Shown: positions 43,233 to 54,130, numbered from the stretch's first letter. The stretch: DNA of 64,000 nt from an uncultured Nitrososphaeraceae archaeon (GCA_963765895.1 CAVXZB010000084.1:1-64000), one strand, 5' to 3'. Translations and numbers: made by a program. The notes: generated from the sequence alone by a model not told the origin.

Positions 43233-43492
43233 CATGAACAGAATGAATCGTTCGGTAGTCCATGGTAAGAGTGCCACAGATGAAACGGCGTCCAATGTTG
43301 ACTCAGCTGACCTAATCGGCTGCTTGATAAATGCCCTAAGTATAGTCTGAGTACTAGCCGAAGTTCTTGCCTTACTAATTCAAAGAATACAATCACCACA
43401 GGTCGTAAAAATCGACCCATTTACATTCCATAGGAATATTGTGCAATCTTAGGGTTTATTTAGACGGATTTATTCGCGGTATTAGTTACATG
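43233..43492 (+). ncRNA. Candidate structured RNA with a pseudoknot
   Basis: Helices CATGAAC/GTTACATG, GAATGAATC/GATTTATTC, TTCGGTAGT/ACTAGCCGAA and ACTCAG/CTGAGT. CCCTAAG in a loop pairs with CTTAGGG outside. Confidence 0.5.
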
Positions 43493-44280
43493 AAATAGTC
43501 TTAGAAGAACTCTCAAGAACAGATAGCAAGTTTTGGTGTTTTACTAATATTTGTGTTGATGCTCTTTATCTACATGAACTGTTAGTTCGTGAACATTATC
43601 AAATTCCTTTCCGCATGCCTCACAGACAGGATGATGAGCATGTTCATCAGAAGGCTTGTTCATTTTTAATAGTTCATAGTGTCTAATATCGTTTAAATAA
43701 GTTATAAACTAGGAGCGCCTTCATTTCTAGTTTATGATGCAACTCGTCATGAACAATTTTCCGTAGTTTGTATGTTGCTGTCAGTTCCATTTACAATAGC
43801 AGTACAGATATAATTTGCAAGAAATGTTGTAAACCGTCATCCGACATTAATAGAGAATAAAAAGTTTAAAGAAAGGCGAAACGTGCGGTTTGAGCCACTA
43901 TTTTTAGTGCCATTGTAGGATTGGATTACATGCTGAATTAATGCACTTTGGAAGAATTCCAACTGATAGCGAACGGAGGAAGTGGATAGAAGCCGAGGGC
44001 GGCATTGAAGCAGACAAACGGAGATTAGCCGATACTGCAAGGAAGAAAACTCATGGCGAACCCGAAGCCGAGAAACAATAATGAATGACAACAAAATAAA
44101 ATTAATGTCTCTAGTTAGAGAACTTGACGATACTACTAGAAAGGAGTGGCTTATAGTCGAGGATCCCACGGACAACGATAAAGAAGTTATGCGTCTAGAG
44201 TGGAATGACGACCTCACGATCTGGATTGATGCACATCAGGAGCAGGCAAAGGAATAGATCTTGGGCAACTTTCAAGATAC

Positions 44281-44421
44281 GATGAAGCTGTATATTGTTG
44301 TGATAAGGCAATCGAAATAGACTCTAAACAATCTACCATATGGACTAACAAAGGTTATTTCTTACATCAATTGGGGAGAAATAAGGACGCTATAGATTGT
44401 TATAATAGATCGTTAAAATAA
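44281..44421 (+). pseudogene. TPR-repeat fragment
   Basis: Translation DEAVYCCDKAIEIDSKQSTIWTNKGYFLHQLGRNKDAIDCYNRSLK*. Confidence 0.7.
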
Positions 44422-44575
44422 ATCCAAAGAACAAAGATACGATAGAGTACAAGGATATTGCTATTAAAAGTTTACGCAGAGGGACAAATACATATAATTC
44501 TAATGGAAAAATAGTACGCTGAGTATTAGTCTAATGCGCGCCCCTTTTTAGTAAGAATCATTGCCCTAAATAAAG

Positions 44576-44839
44576 GGTCAAGATTGACGTGGGCCCAGAG
44601 GTATGTGAATCATATTTGACTCAAAGTTTGGATTCGGTGGCATCCATTCCGATATCGGTTCGAAGATGGATTCTCTACTTAGTGAAGGAGTTAGTAATGG
44701 TGACATTCGCAATGACAATCCTTGCTGTTACAATAAAGATGGGTATCAAGTTCCTAGGTAAACAGTTTGACAGAGTCTGTAGCGAAGAGGAGAAACCCGT
44801 CTCACTAAGGTCGTAGTAATAGAGTTAAGACAGAGACTT
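44576..44839 (+). ncRNA. Candidate structured RNA or 5' leader upstream of the DHFR-like gene
   Basis: Helices TGAATC/GATTCG, ATCCATT/GATGGAT, CTTAGTGA/TCACTAAG, GATGGGT/ACCCGTC and GTGACA/TGTTAC. Confidence 0.45.
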
Positions 44840-44851
44840 GTTATTTTACAA

Positions 44852-45424
44852 ATGGCAAATAACAAAAGAAAATTAAGACTACAGGTGCAAATGTCCATAG
44901 ATGGCTGCATTGCTGGGCCAAACGGTGAAATGGACTGGATGGTCGGACTCTTGGATGATGAACCCTTAAAATATGTAAGCAAAATAACTGAGTCTGTTGA
45001 CACCATTCTCCTGGGACGGAAAATGACTGATGTCTTCATCTCTTACTGGTTAAATGTGATGAACAAACCTGATGACCGCTGGAATGCGTTCGCTAAAAAG
45101 ATGATAGAAACCCCAAAAGTTGTGTTCACTAAAACACTGAACAAATCTGAGTGGATAAATACAGATATTGCAACAGGCAATCTCATTGAAGTTAACAAGT
45201 TAAAGAGCCAAAACGGCAGGGACATCGTCGTTTATGGTGGTGCCTCATTTGATTCTTCCTTGATTAAAGAAAAACTAGTTGACGAATTTTATTTGTTTAT
45301 TAATCCTGTTGCAATTGGAAACGGTATGACCATATTTAAGGACTTGAACGAGATTCAAAAATACACTCTGATTGAATCAAAAGCGTTTGAATGCGGTATA
45401 GTATTGCTCCGCTATGAGGCATGA
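44852..45424 (+). CDS. Dihydrofolate reductase family protein (RibD C-terminal-like)
   Basis: Motifs MSIDGCIAGPNG, LLGRK, YGGASF and VDEFYLFINPVAIGNG. Confidence 0.92.
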   Translation: MANNKRKLRLQVQMSIDGCIAGPNGEMDWMVGLLDDEPLKYVSKITESVDTILLGRKMTDVFISYWLNVMNKPDDRWNAFAKKMIETPKVVFTKTLNKSEWINTDIATGNLIEVNKLKSQNGRDIVVYGGASFDSSLIKEKLVDEFYLFINPVAIGNGMTIFKDLNEIQKYTLIESKAFECGIVLLRYEA

Positions 45425-45634
45425 CAACAATGACGCACTATTGCCTTGGAAAGCCCCATATTGGGGTAATGCAGCAGTAGCAGCAGCAACAGAAAAGAAA
45501 TAAAAGTTAGTTGGCTATTAAATCATCTAGGGCTGCTAGTCATAACGTAATGTGAAGCCAAAATGAAGTACAGCAGTCATATCCTAACGTAGTTTGCCCT
45601 GACGTCGATACTGAAAGAATACTCCAAAATCCCT

Positions 45635-46050
45635 TTATCTATCTACCCATGCGTAAATATTTCTAGGATTTCCCTCAATCGATCTATCAAAGTACTTCCG
45701 AGATTCTTCAGATCTACCTAAATTGTTTAAGGCTGAAGCCTTTCCTTCTAACGCCGAACTATATACCGGATTTATTTCAATTGCCTTATCATAGCATTGT
45801 ATTGCCTCATGGTACCTTTCGAGCTTGTTAAGACTTTTTCCCTTATTATCCCAAAAAAGGGGATATTTGCTATCGAGCTGTATTGCCTTATCATAACATT
45901 CTATCGCCTCTTGATACTTCCTAATATTGTGTAGAGCAACTCCTTTGTTGTTCCATATTTTTTCTATACCTACAACGTGAAACATCTTTGTTGATAGGAC
46001 ATCATCAATGAATTGTATTGCCTTATCATAACATTCTATCGCCTCTTAAT
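45635..46050 (-). pseudogene. TPR-repeat protein fragment
   Basis: WNNKG...YQEAIECYDKAI repeats. A ~34-bp segment is duplicated at ~45879 and ~46014, and the upstream part is out of frame. Confidence 0.75.
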
Positions 46051-46526
46051 CTTCCATAATGGTCTAGTATTCTACCCTTTCCAATTACGCTCCCAAACTA
46101 TTCATACCTTCAACTATATCCATCGAAAGTGGTAACTGTATCAATAATGCTAAAACCTTATCTTCAAGGTTAGTTAGAGAAGAAAAGAACAGTTCTAGTT
46201 CTTTTTCCAGATCCTTTTGTCTCTTATTATAAGTTATAACCTTTGGAAATTTAGCGGTAACTCAAATGATTAGGAACCTTTTTGCACCATTCTTTACCAT
46301 AAATGCATTAGGAATCCTATAAGAAGAAGAATCAATTTCCACACTTGGGAATAATAGCCTAAACCATCTGGAATTATCTAGACTAGGAGGATAAAATGGT
46401 CCTTGCCAGGCTGGATAACTCCATCCAGAGCGAGCCAATGTGGTATTGCAAGTATTGTCAAAAAACTAAAACTGTATAGTTTTGGATAAAGATTGTTAAG
46501 TCTATCTACTAGATACTCGGTAATCT

Positions 46527-46895
46527 TTGTATATTTTGTTTATAACAAACAGAAAAGAAGCAAATGCTATGCCATCAAAAGGAATATTCGGTATTGGAAT
46601 AAGTATTTTCTTTTTAGGACTAATTCTGTGGGGAGGGTGGAATGTATATCAGGGACTACGAAAATCATTTAATGAAGTAAATGTATCTAGTAATAATTTG
46701 GTTAATCAATGCATGAAACAACTGCCAGCAGGCTCAAGTGTTTGCGACCATGAGTTGAGACCTACATTACAACACTCTTGTAACAATGGTATTAGCAACT
46801 TTCTTATGATGAAGAAGCAGGACATTTGCGATGACGGTAAAGTGAATCATTATTATGAACTAAGAGCGGAGTATAGTAAAGCTACAAGAAGATAG
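46527..46895 (+). CDS. Membrane-anchored protein with four Cys
   Basis: TM segment GIFGIGISIFFLGLILWGGW. The likely start is MPSKG (~46569). Confidence 0.55.
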   Translation: MYILFITNRKEANAMPSKGIFGIGISIFFLGLILWGGWNVYQGLRKSFNEVNVSSNNLVNQCMKQLPAGSSVCDHELRPTLQHSCNNGISNFLMMKKQDICDDGKVNHYYELRAEYSKATRR

Positions 46896-47280
46896 TGAGA
46901 AAAGAAAAGAATTCATGGACTTGATTATATGCTGCATAATAAAGATACATTTGAAGATATATCTAAAATTCGCAAACTATATTGGAAGAATAACATGGAC
47001 AAAATCGTGAATTATTTTATGAATATAAAAGACGAAGTAAATTTGGAAAAATTAAGATTTTATTAGCACAACTGCATTTCACTTTTAGTTTCACCCTTTG
47101 GCATTCTTTTCAATAGATGTATAGGATATACATCGAAAAGGTAGCGATTGTATTAGTCATGTTTATGATGTAACCTGAAAGCGAGTCATAAAGAAAATGC
47201 TATATATATTATGCAACGCTATTTGATGTTTCAAATCGTAAGCAGTATACAAAAAAAGAAAAGGTAAGTATATTCGTTAT

Positions 47281-47512
47281 CTATTGACGTTGATCGCTCC
47301 TTTGGGATACTCTGTTGCCATTACCTGAGATTTGAGATCCTTGATCAGAACAGTTTGAACTGCCACCGCACGAGTTTGATTGGCTTAGACTCTGACTGGT
47401 GCTGGTACTGCCACCGTTCCCACCGTGATGATGATGCCCGTGGTGTCCAGCAAATACTGCTCGCAGGAGTTGTAGCTGCTGTAGCGATAAGCATTGCCGT
47501 TACCGCTGCAAT
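47281..47512 (-). pseudogene. N-truncated small secreted His/Gly/Ser/Gln-rich peptide
   Basis: Translation IAAVTAMLIATAATTPA/AVFAGHHGHHHHGGNGGSTSTSQSLSQSNSCGGSSNCSDQGSQISGNGNRVSQRSDQRQ*. Confidence 0.6.
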
Positions 47513-47768
47513 TGGTCTATTAGGCTCAACACTAGGACTATTAACAGGAGTTGCGAGTGCATATTTGCTAACATCTGGTTTACTGGGATCAGGAGGTGGA
47601 GGAGGATCACCAGGATCAGGAGGTGGAGCTGCTCATTTTGCTCCTATCTTCCTTCTGAATGATCTTTTCAATGTATGGTTGCTTTCCCTTTCATTAAGCT
47701 TGGCAGCAGGAGTATATCCTGCTTGGAAGGCATCACGTCTATCTCCACTAGAAGCGCTAAGAATATAG
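47508..47768 (+). pseudogene. ABC transporter permease (FtsX/MacB-type) C-terminal fragment
   Basis: IGLLGSTLGLLTG...LAAGVYPAWKASRLSPLEALR signature. Confidence 0.85.
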
Positions 47769-47854
47769 TGTGACAAAAACAAGCAGATTTTATCCGTCAA
47801 CCACAACATCTATAGTCAAATATTTTTATAAAAGGGTTCTAATACCATTAGCCA

Positions 47855-48046
47855 ATGGCAACTAGAACAACCCTCGCTACAATCATATTCACAGCACTGA
47901 TTGTAGTTTTGGCCTCAGCTATGGCAGTAAGCCTGACCACTCCTTTATCGGCTATGACGATGCAGCAAAGAAATCAAGCAACAATGATGAATAAGAACAT
48001 GTCATTGGGAAATATGACAAGTGACGGCACTAATATGACAAAGTAA
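47855..48046 (+). CDS. Small secreted Met/Asn-rich peptide
   Basis: Signal peptide followed by MMNKNMSLGNMTSDGTNMTK. TATA-like TTTTATA about 30 nt upstream. Confidence 0.55.
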   Translation: MATRTTLATIIFTALIVVLASAMAVSLTTPLSAMTMQQRNQATMMNKNMSLGNMTSDGTNMTK

Positions 48047-48099
48047 ATATTATTTTATTTTCAACATTCTTATTTTTTATATAATACATATTGATCAAC

Positions 48100-48583
48100 C
48101 AATCTCGATGAAGTAATATCAGACATAGTAAACGACTATAGAAACGAAATTGAAAGATCTGATAGCGATGTCAAGTTAATCCATCAAAAAGGTAATGAGA
48201 TTATTCGGATAGAAGTGGATAAGAACCGTCTAAGCCAAGTTATTTCTAATCTAGTAGGCAATGCAGTCAAGTTCACTACGCAAGGTAGTATAACAATTAA
48301 AGCAGAAATAGAGAAAGATGGAGAAGATAATAAGGCTTTAGTAAGTGTAAAGGATACGGGGTCGGGAATAGATCCTGAAATAATGACTAGGCTGTTTACA
48401 AAATTTGTTGCGAAATCTAATGCAGGCACCGGATTAGGATTATTCATCTCAAAGAGCATCATTGAAGCCCATGGAGGCAAGATTTGGGCTTTGAACAATA
48501 CTTCTCTAGATGGAAATGGTAGGAGTATGGGAGCCACCTTTACCTTTAATATATTCTTGAGTAAGTCGAGACAAACTCGTTAA
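48100..48583 (+). pseudogene. Histidine kinase HATPase C-terminal fragment
   Basis: NLVGNAVKF, DTGSGI and GTGLGL are present, with no H-box upstream. Confidence 0.8.
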
Positions 48584-48591
48584 GAAGAGAT

Positions 48592-49029
48592 ATGATCAAC
48601 AATAACAATAACGACAATAAAAACAATAGAATACTAGTAATAGACGATGAAATGGATATTACAACTGTTTATACCTTGGGTCTTCAGGATAATGGTTTTA
48701 AGGTTGATGCATTTAATGATCCCTTACAAGCATTATCTGATTTCAAGAGCGGCACCTATGACTTTGTGCTTATAGACTATAAAATGCCAAAGATGGATGG
48801 ATCTAAACTATATCAAGAGATACGAAAGATAGATGATAGAGTTAAGATATGCTTTATCACAGCATTTGATGTATATCATGAAGAGCTCAAAAAGAAGTTT
48901 CATACAAGTTCAAATACAAGGTATCAAGATAAAGAAGGAAAAGAAGACTCTGACGTAGAATGCTTTATTCAAAAACCCATTGACATAGACGAGTTGGTAA
49001 AACGAATAAAGGAAGAATTGAATTCATAA
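48592..49029 (+). CDS. Response regulator (stand-alone receiver)
   Basis: Motifs ILVIDDE, LIDYKMP, FITA and QKP. Confidence 0.92.
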   Translation: MINNNNNDNKNNRILVIDDEMDITTVYTLGLQDNGFKVDAFNDPLQALSDFKSGTYDFVLIDYKMPKMDGSKLYQEIRKIDDRVKICFITAFDVYHEELKKKFHTSSNTRYQDKEGKEDSDVECFIQKPIDIDELVKRIKEELNS

Positions 49030-49093
49030 TTGATATTAATAACAAATGTATTATTTAGTAGCAATAATAACGATATTATTACTATTGGAGTAA

Positions 49094-49513
49094 ATGATAG
49101 TAGTGAGCCATAACAATAATGCTACGACGACGACGACGAGACTATTACTAGTCGACAACGAGCCCGATAACACTTCAGTTTTAAGTATGGGTCTAGAAGA
49201 CGAGGGATACATAGTTGATGCATTTACTGATCCAATACTGGCACTCTCTAATTTTAAGCCTAACTACTATTCTTTGGTAATACTTGATATTAATATGCCT
49301 AAAATGAATGGATATGACTTGTATAAAGAAATAAGGAAATTAGATAATAAAGTAAAGATATGTTTTCTTACTGCTTCTGAATTGTATAATGAGAGCTTAA
49401 GAAGCCAAACAAAAGAGATTCTAGATGAAGTAAAACGTTTTATTTCAAAGCCATTAACCATAGAAGACTTGGTTATAAAAGTAAAGAAAGAGCTAGCCGA
49501 AGATTCACAATAA
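49094..49513 (+). CDS. Response regulator (stand-alone receiver)
   Basis: Motifs LLLVDNE, ILDINMP, FLTA and SKP. Confidence 0.92.
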   Translation: MIVVSHNNNATTTTTRLLLVDNEPDNTSVLSMGLEDEGYIVDAFTDPILALSNFKPNYYSLVILDINMPKMNGYDLYKEIRKLDNKVKICFLTASELYNESLRSQTKEILDEVKRFISKPLTIEDLVIKVKKELAEDSQ

Positions 49514-49985
49514 GGGCGTATCCGTCTTTACAATGCTAGAGAAATGGGATCAGATGGCCATGATGTTTGTGGTGATGGGCATTTAGAAATGTTAGATATG
49601 GTTTTATTTTATGAAATATTTCAGCTTTTTCTGAATCCCTTTTTGCGTCAATAAGTAGACCCTGAATGTCCTATAAAATATTCGGAATAATTAGTACAAC
49701 TAAGATCTGATACCAGTTCTTACAAATTTTTAAAAGGAGTCTTGTCAGCGGTAAAAGAAACCTAAATGTATAAAGAGCAAATTAAAAAGGCACAGCTCAA
49801 CGATACGACCAATACCAAAAATTATAGAGGAATACATTTACAGAGGCGATCATTTAACTATAATTAGAGTGGATGATAGTAATGGTAAATGAAGTTAACT
49901 AATTTAGCTAACTTTTTGCCATTTTTAGCCGTTAATTAGTTAACTCTTTTAGTATATAACCAGATATTTATAACATTCCTAATTG

Positions 49986-50498
49986 GGATTGGAGCACGAA
50001 AAATTTATACCAACTCCGGTATATGAACAATTTAGATTATCTCTATTCTTTCCTTACATGGGGGAAGATTATTTACGTCTCAAAAGGATACTCAGTCCGA
50101 TACATATGCATGTCTTTCCCTCTAGTTATTAATCCAGTAGGATAGTAGCTGCCACTATTATCTTTAACCAAATTAATGGGTCCAATAACATACCTTAATA
50201 TCGTGCAATATCCTGTAAGATACACTAAGATCGCTACCAACCTATATGATCGATCAGAACCCAATTTCATTGTTTAATTTTAGGTTCTAATGCTCGTAGG
50301 TGAACCCTTTCCAGACCCATGTAAATTACTTTTTAAATACAGGTGTCCTATAGACTGGTATACTTTGTATCACTTATAACTAACTAACTCACTCACTATT
50401 TGATTCTACTATATTCGACATATAGAAAATTAATGCAGAACTAGCAACTAGCAATACTATATACTCGATTGCGTATTTCTATTATGCCACTCCAATCC
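49986..50498 (+). ncRNA. Candidate large (~510 nt) multi-domain structured RNA
   Basis: Closing GGATTGGAG/CTCCAATCC. Nested CCAGTAGGAT/GTCCTATAGACTGG, ATGGGTC/GACCCAT, GGGGAAGAT/GTCTTTCCC and AGAACC/GGTTCT. TATA-like sequences at ~49950-49973. Confidence 0.5.
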
Positions 50499-50537
50499 GA
50501 CTGTCATGACTAACTGATGACGTAAAGATATAGTGGC

Positions 50538-50641
50538 GGGGTGTGGTACCCTGTCGGCTTCGTTCAACGGGCTACTACGGACGATACTGTTGGAGTTGAG
50601 TCCATGTTCATATGTGTAGTAGCGGTGGGGTACCGCGCTCC
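50538..50641 (+). ncRNA. GC-rich branched hairpin element
   Basis: 14-bp stem GGGGTGTGGTACCC/GGGTACCGCGCTCC with 3 G-U pairs, and an inner GCTACTACG/TGTAGTAGC. Confidence 0.55.
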
Positions 50642-51731
50642 CTATGCTCATAATGGTAAAAAAACGTTAAATAAGTTCCCGTTATTGTCATTCATAAATT
50701 AAATTATAAAAAAAGGGATAGCGGTCCAGCCTAAAGAACTACTTATCCGGTCTTATACCCGATAACAGAAGGTCGAGGGGAATAAGAAACTCTAGCTGTA
50801 TTATTCTTGTTCTAGAATAAAAGCTAAATACTAGATCCGTTATGAAATATCAGCAGCTCGCATTCCAAAACCAACAAAACAAAAGATAGGTACCCCATCA
50901 CGTCCATCTACTGTCATCGGCTACAAACACACTTTCGTTCATATGGTTGTTCATTTGGTTCGTGCGTGATAGGGTACTGCTGTTGTTAGTTATTAGCAAT
51001 GATTTGATACTGTGTTTTTACGCTAGTCCGTCCTACCGGCCGGCTTAGACTATTATTCTTTGACTATTATTCATTCGGTCAGACTATCTCCCAAGCAACT
51101 AATAGAACTACTAAATAGTATTTGGACATTATTTATTCTAAAATGCATGGTGGCGGAAAAGTAAAACCAGAAGTATCTCTGATTAACAATTTTGTACGTA
51201 TGGTAGGGTCGCTCTTGCCAGGTACAAAAAAGAATAGAATAGTAGGTAAGCAAGATGATAAATTCTAGATACCAAACCATTTTTTCTTCTCGGCTTTTGT
51301 GGTATGGACTTTTCTAGGCCTAAGGGTTGTCCTCTAGAACAATAATCGGGAGTCTGTCTATTAACCGTCCTGCTTTTCTTTCTATACTTTTCCAGCTCAA
51401 ATTGCCAGGATCGATTCATATAATTCATATTTCAATTATGGTATAGGGTATAATAGCGTCAAAAGGCTTTCTGAAGAACAATTCTTAATCTTTAAAAATT
51501 GGATTGATTACATCATATAACCATACATGTAGAAACATCACTGTGCCTCTAGTAATTATTCCGAATAAATACCAAACTTCTGTTATGCGTAGTCAAATAT
51601 AGAAATTAATCAGGACCTGCAATAATATAGTTGCACTTTACCTTTCTAGCCTATTATCAAAAACAATGACACAAAAAAAATCCTAGTATTTTAATGCATG
51701 ATTCATGAAGGTAAAAAGATAACGATTCAAG

Positions 51732-51944
51732 TTGGCAAGTGGTTTAATTATGAGCAAAATGATGAGGATTTTAGTTGTAGATGATGAATCTGATATCAGT
51801 ATAACATTCGCGAATGTTCTGGAAGACAACGGATTTGTAGTTGATACGTTTGACGATCCTGGTTTAGCATTGGAACATTTTAAGAAGGATCGCTATGATC
51901 TTTTAATCCTAGATATTTTGACAAAGGATAAAGGGGGATTCTAG
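51732..51944 (+). pseudogene. Truncated response regulator receiver
   Basis: RILVVDDE...LLILDI, then a premature end. Confidence 0.8.
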
Positions 51945-52006
51945 GAATGAGAATATTTTATTTCTTGATCTTCTTCTAACGCCTTAGATTGAAGATATTC
52001 TATTGC

Positions 52007-52615
52007 TTATCTGAGATTACTGTCATATTTTGGTGCTGAAGCATGAACAGTGTCTCTTGTTGTTTGTTCAAATGTTTTAGCTGTATTAACTGCAATTCTG
52101 GAAAGCTCTTTTGCATCATTTTTCTCACGGTCAATAAATGTTCTGAATGCTCCCATATTTGCAAATATTGCATTGTTTGCTATTCGGGTTGTAGCTATCG
52201 TATTATCTGCACAATTACTCACTGTTCTTGTGTAGATTTCAGTTATTCTTTGTGGAGAAGCCCAATTATCCCAAAATACCGCACGGATATTCTCTACATA
52301 AGGAACCCATATTGACTGAAATGACTTTATAATCTCCTTGTGAGAGTCTAGGTAACTATCTGTAATCTCTTTAGTTGTTTGGAGAGTATGTTCTTGATAA
52401 TCATTAATTGCTTCTGTATTTCGTGGAATCTCTCTTCTTGCTTCATCGATTGTTTTTTTAAGATTATCTTTAGTTTCTTCTATTGCCCTTTCAACTGAGT
52501 GACGTTGCTCTGATAATGATGATGCAGTTGATGTAGCAGTCTCTACTCCTATAGTACCATCTTCAGCGGAAATTCTTGTCGTAGCTTTATCTGATTCTCT
52601 TTTTGTTGACATCAT
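52007..52615 (-). CDS. Amphipathic helical protein, putative phasin-like (PHA-granule associated)
   Basis: 202-aa all-helical T/E/K-rich sequence resembling paralog families seen in Nitrososphaerales. Function is inferred. Confidence 0.5.
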   Translation of the reverse strand: MMSTKRESDKATTRISAEDGTIGVETATSTASSLSEQRHSVERAIEETKDNLKKTIDEARREIPRNTEAINDYQEHTLQTTKEITDSYLDSHKEIIKSFQSIWVPYVENIRAVFWDNWASPQRITEIYTRTVSNCADNTIATTRIANNAIFANMGAFRTFIDREKNDAKELSRIAVNTAKTFEQTTRDTVHASAPKYDSNLR

Positions 52616-53048
52616 AAGCTTCTCATTCTTATATTATTTAAGTGTTGGTAATAAACGGTGTAAAATACCATTAAAGGCCATCAGACATAAAATTAGACAA
52701 ATTGCAGGTTGATTTGATGCAGTTACAACTATGGCATTATTATATTGATATCACTGGTACTATCTCTAGGGTCGTCACAGCCGTCACTGCCATCACCGTC
52801 ATTTTCAGGGGTTGCATTACGGTAATTATAGTGCTCAATATCTGAATATCGGAATTTCAGAATCAATCTTTTTATAAGCTAATATAATTTAGGAAAGATG
52901 ATGCAAGTTCAGGTTCAAGAGCAGAAACAGACATCCAAAGTATAGGATTTTAGACTTTGTATTGAAATCGATATAACTTATTGTAGCTCATATAAGTTGA
53001 CAGATATAAATAAGGAAATAAGGTATTGAATATAGGTGCACATGCCAC

Positions 53049-53984
53049 ATGAGAAGATTTTCTATACTTCATTTTGTAAACATAAAATTAGCTGTATACA
53101 TAGTTGCGATGTTATGCTTGGTTAACGTTGCCACAACTGTAATGAAGCCTATGACTTTAGCAATTGCACAAGATAGCCAGAATCAAACTCATTATCAAAC
53201 TACGAGCAACAACAAAGCTCTCATCGTATCACTATTGGCTAACAATTTAGCAAACCGGCTCAACAAGTCAGGAGCAATCTTAGAAATAACAAGTAAGTTG
53301 TCGGAAGTAAAAAATCATACAGACGCGTCTTCTCTTAACCAGACTTTACATGGGATAGCTGCAGATGTAGATATTCAAAAAAGAAAGATAGCAGGAGATA
53401 TTCTGTCAGCAGACAAGGATTTTGGGGTCATCTTTTTTCTTATGCCTAACGGTTATATGTATATGGCGGAACCATATTCCCGTCAGCTCAACCTCACAAA
53501 AAGCAACTTTGATTTTAGAGATTATTATAAAGGAGCAGTTAGTACACATATGACATATCTCGGCAATGTTATCATTTCTGCTTCTTCAGGTTTTACACAG
53601 GCCAATATTGCAGTCCCAATTTACTCTGAAAATAATAATAATAATAATAATAACAGCAGTAGACCATCTCTTCTGGGCATCTGGGCTGGTGGTTTAAACT
53701 TAGCAGGTTTTAACAAATTGCTACAATCACTTAACCTTACCAATAACGAACATATTGTTTTTGTTGATCACTACGGTCAGAAGATAGCCGATTCAGATAA
53801 AAACCAAGCACTAAAATCAAATCAATCATTTGCTAATTTCCAGAGTTTCAAAAATGCCGTAGCCGGGGAGGCTGGTTCTATCGCAGAAGTAATTAATGGC
53901 ACTAAAGTGCTAGTATCGTATCATCCAGTCAATGCTATTCAGACAAAGTGGGCTATTCTTGATATTCTACGTTTATGGAACTAA
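53049..53984 (+). CDS. Secreted or membrane-anchored Cache-domain protein
   Basis: N-terminal TM followed by FDFRDYYKGA, YLGNVIISASSG, VFVDHYG and WAIL. It contains an (AAT)n poly-Asn tract. Confidence 0.85.
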   Translation: MRRFSILHFVNIKLAVYIVAMLCLVNVATTVMKPMTLAIAQDSQNQTHYQTTSNNKALIVSLLANNLANRLNKSGAILEITSKLSEVKNHTDASSLNQTLHGIAADVDIQKRKIAGDILSADKDFGVIFFLMPNGYMYMAEPYSRQLNLTKSNFDFRDYYKGAVSTHMTYLGNVIISASSGFTQANIAVPIYSENNNNNNNNSSRPSLLGIWAGGLNLAGFNKLLQSLNLTNNEHIVFVDHYGQKIADSDKNQALKSNQSFANFQSFKNAVAGEAGSIAEVINGTKVLVSYHPVNAIQTKWAILDILRLWN

Positions 53985-54130
53985 TACTTTTGCTGCAAAC
54001 TGATATCTCTACTGATAGTTGATCGGTCTACCTTTAATTCCTGTGCTATTTCAGTTTCTGTCATAGACTGTGCTAGTAGGGTTGCAACTTTTCTTCGTCT
54101 ATCTTCAACTTTGAATTTATGCGTCACCAA
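53981..54130 (-). pseudogene. HTH fragment (terminase small subunit-like)
   Basis: Translation VTHKFKVEDRRRKVATLLAQSMTETEIAQELKVDRSTISRDI. Confidence 0.65.

Noticed and set aside
50497-50575. Group I intron core (AAGATATAGT resembles S; GTTCAACGGGCTA resembles R)
   Set aside because: The R-like and S-like words are in the wrong order and P7/P3 pairing cannot be completed.
53631-53652. (AAT)n microsatellite as a phase-variation switch
   Set aside because: It is a triplet repeat encoding poly-Asn that keeps the frame, and such tracts occur in several genes here.
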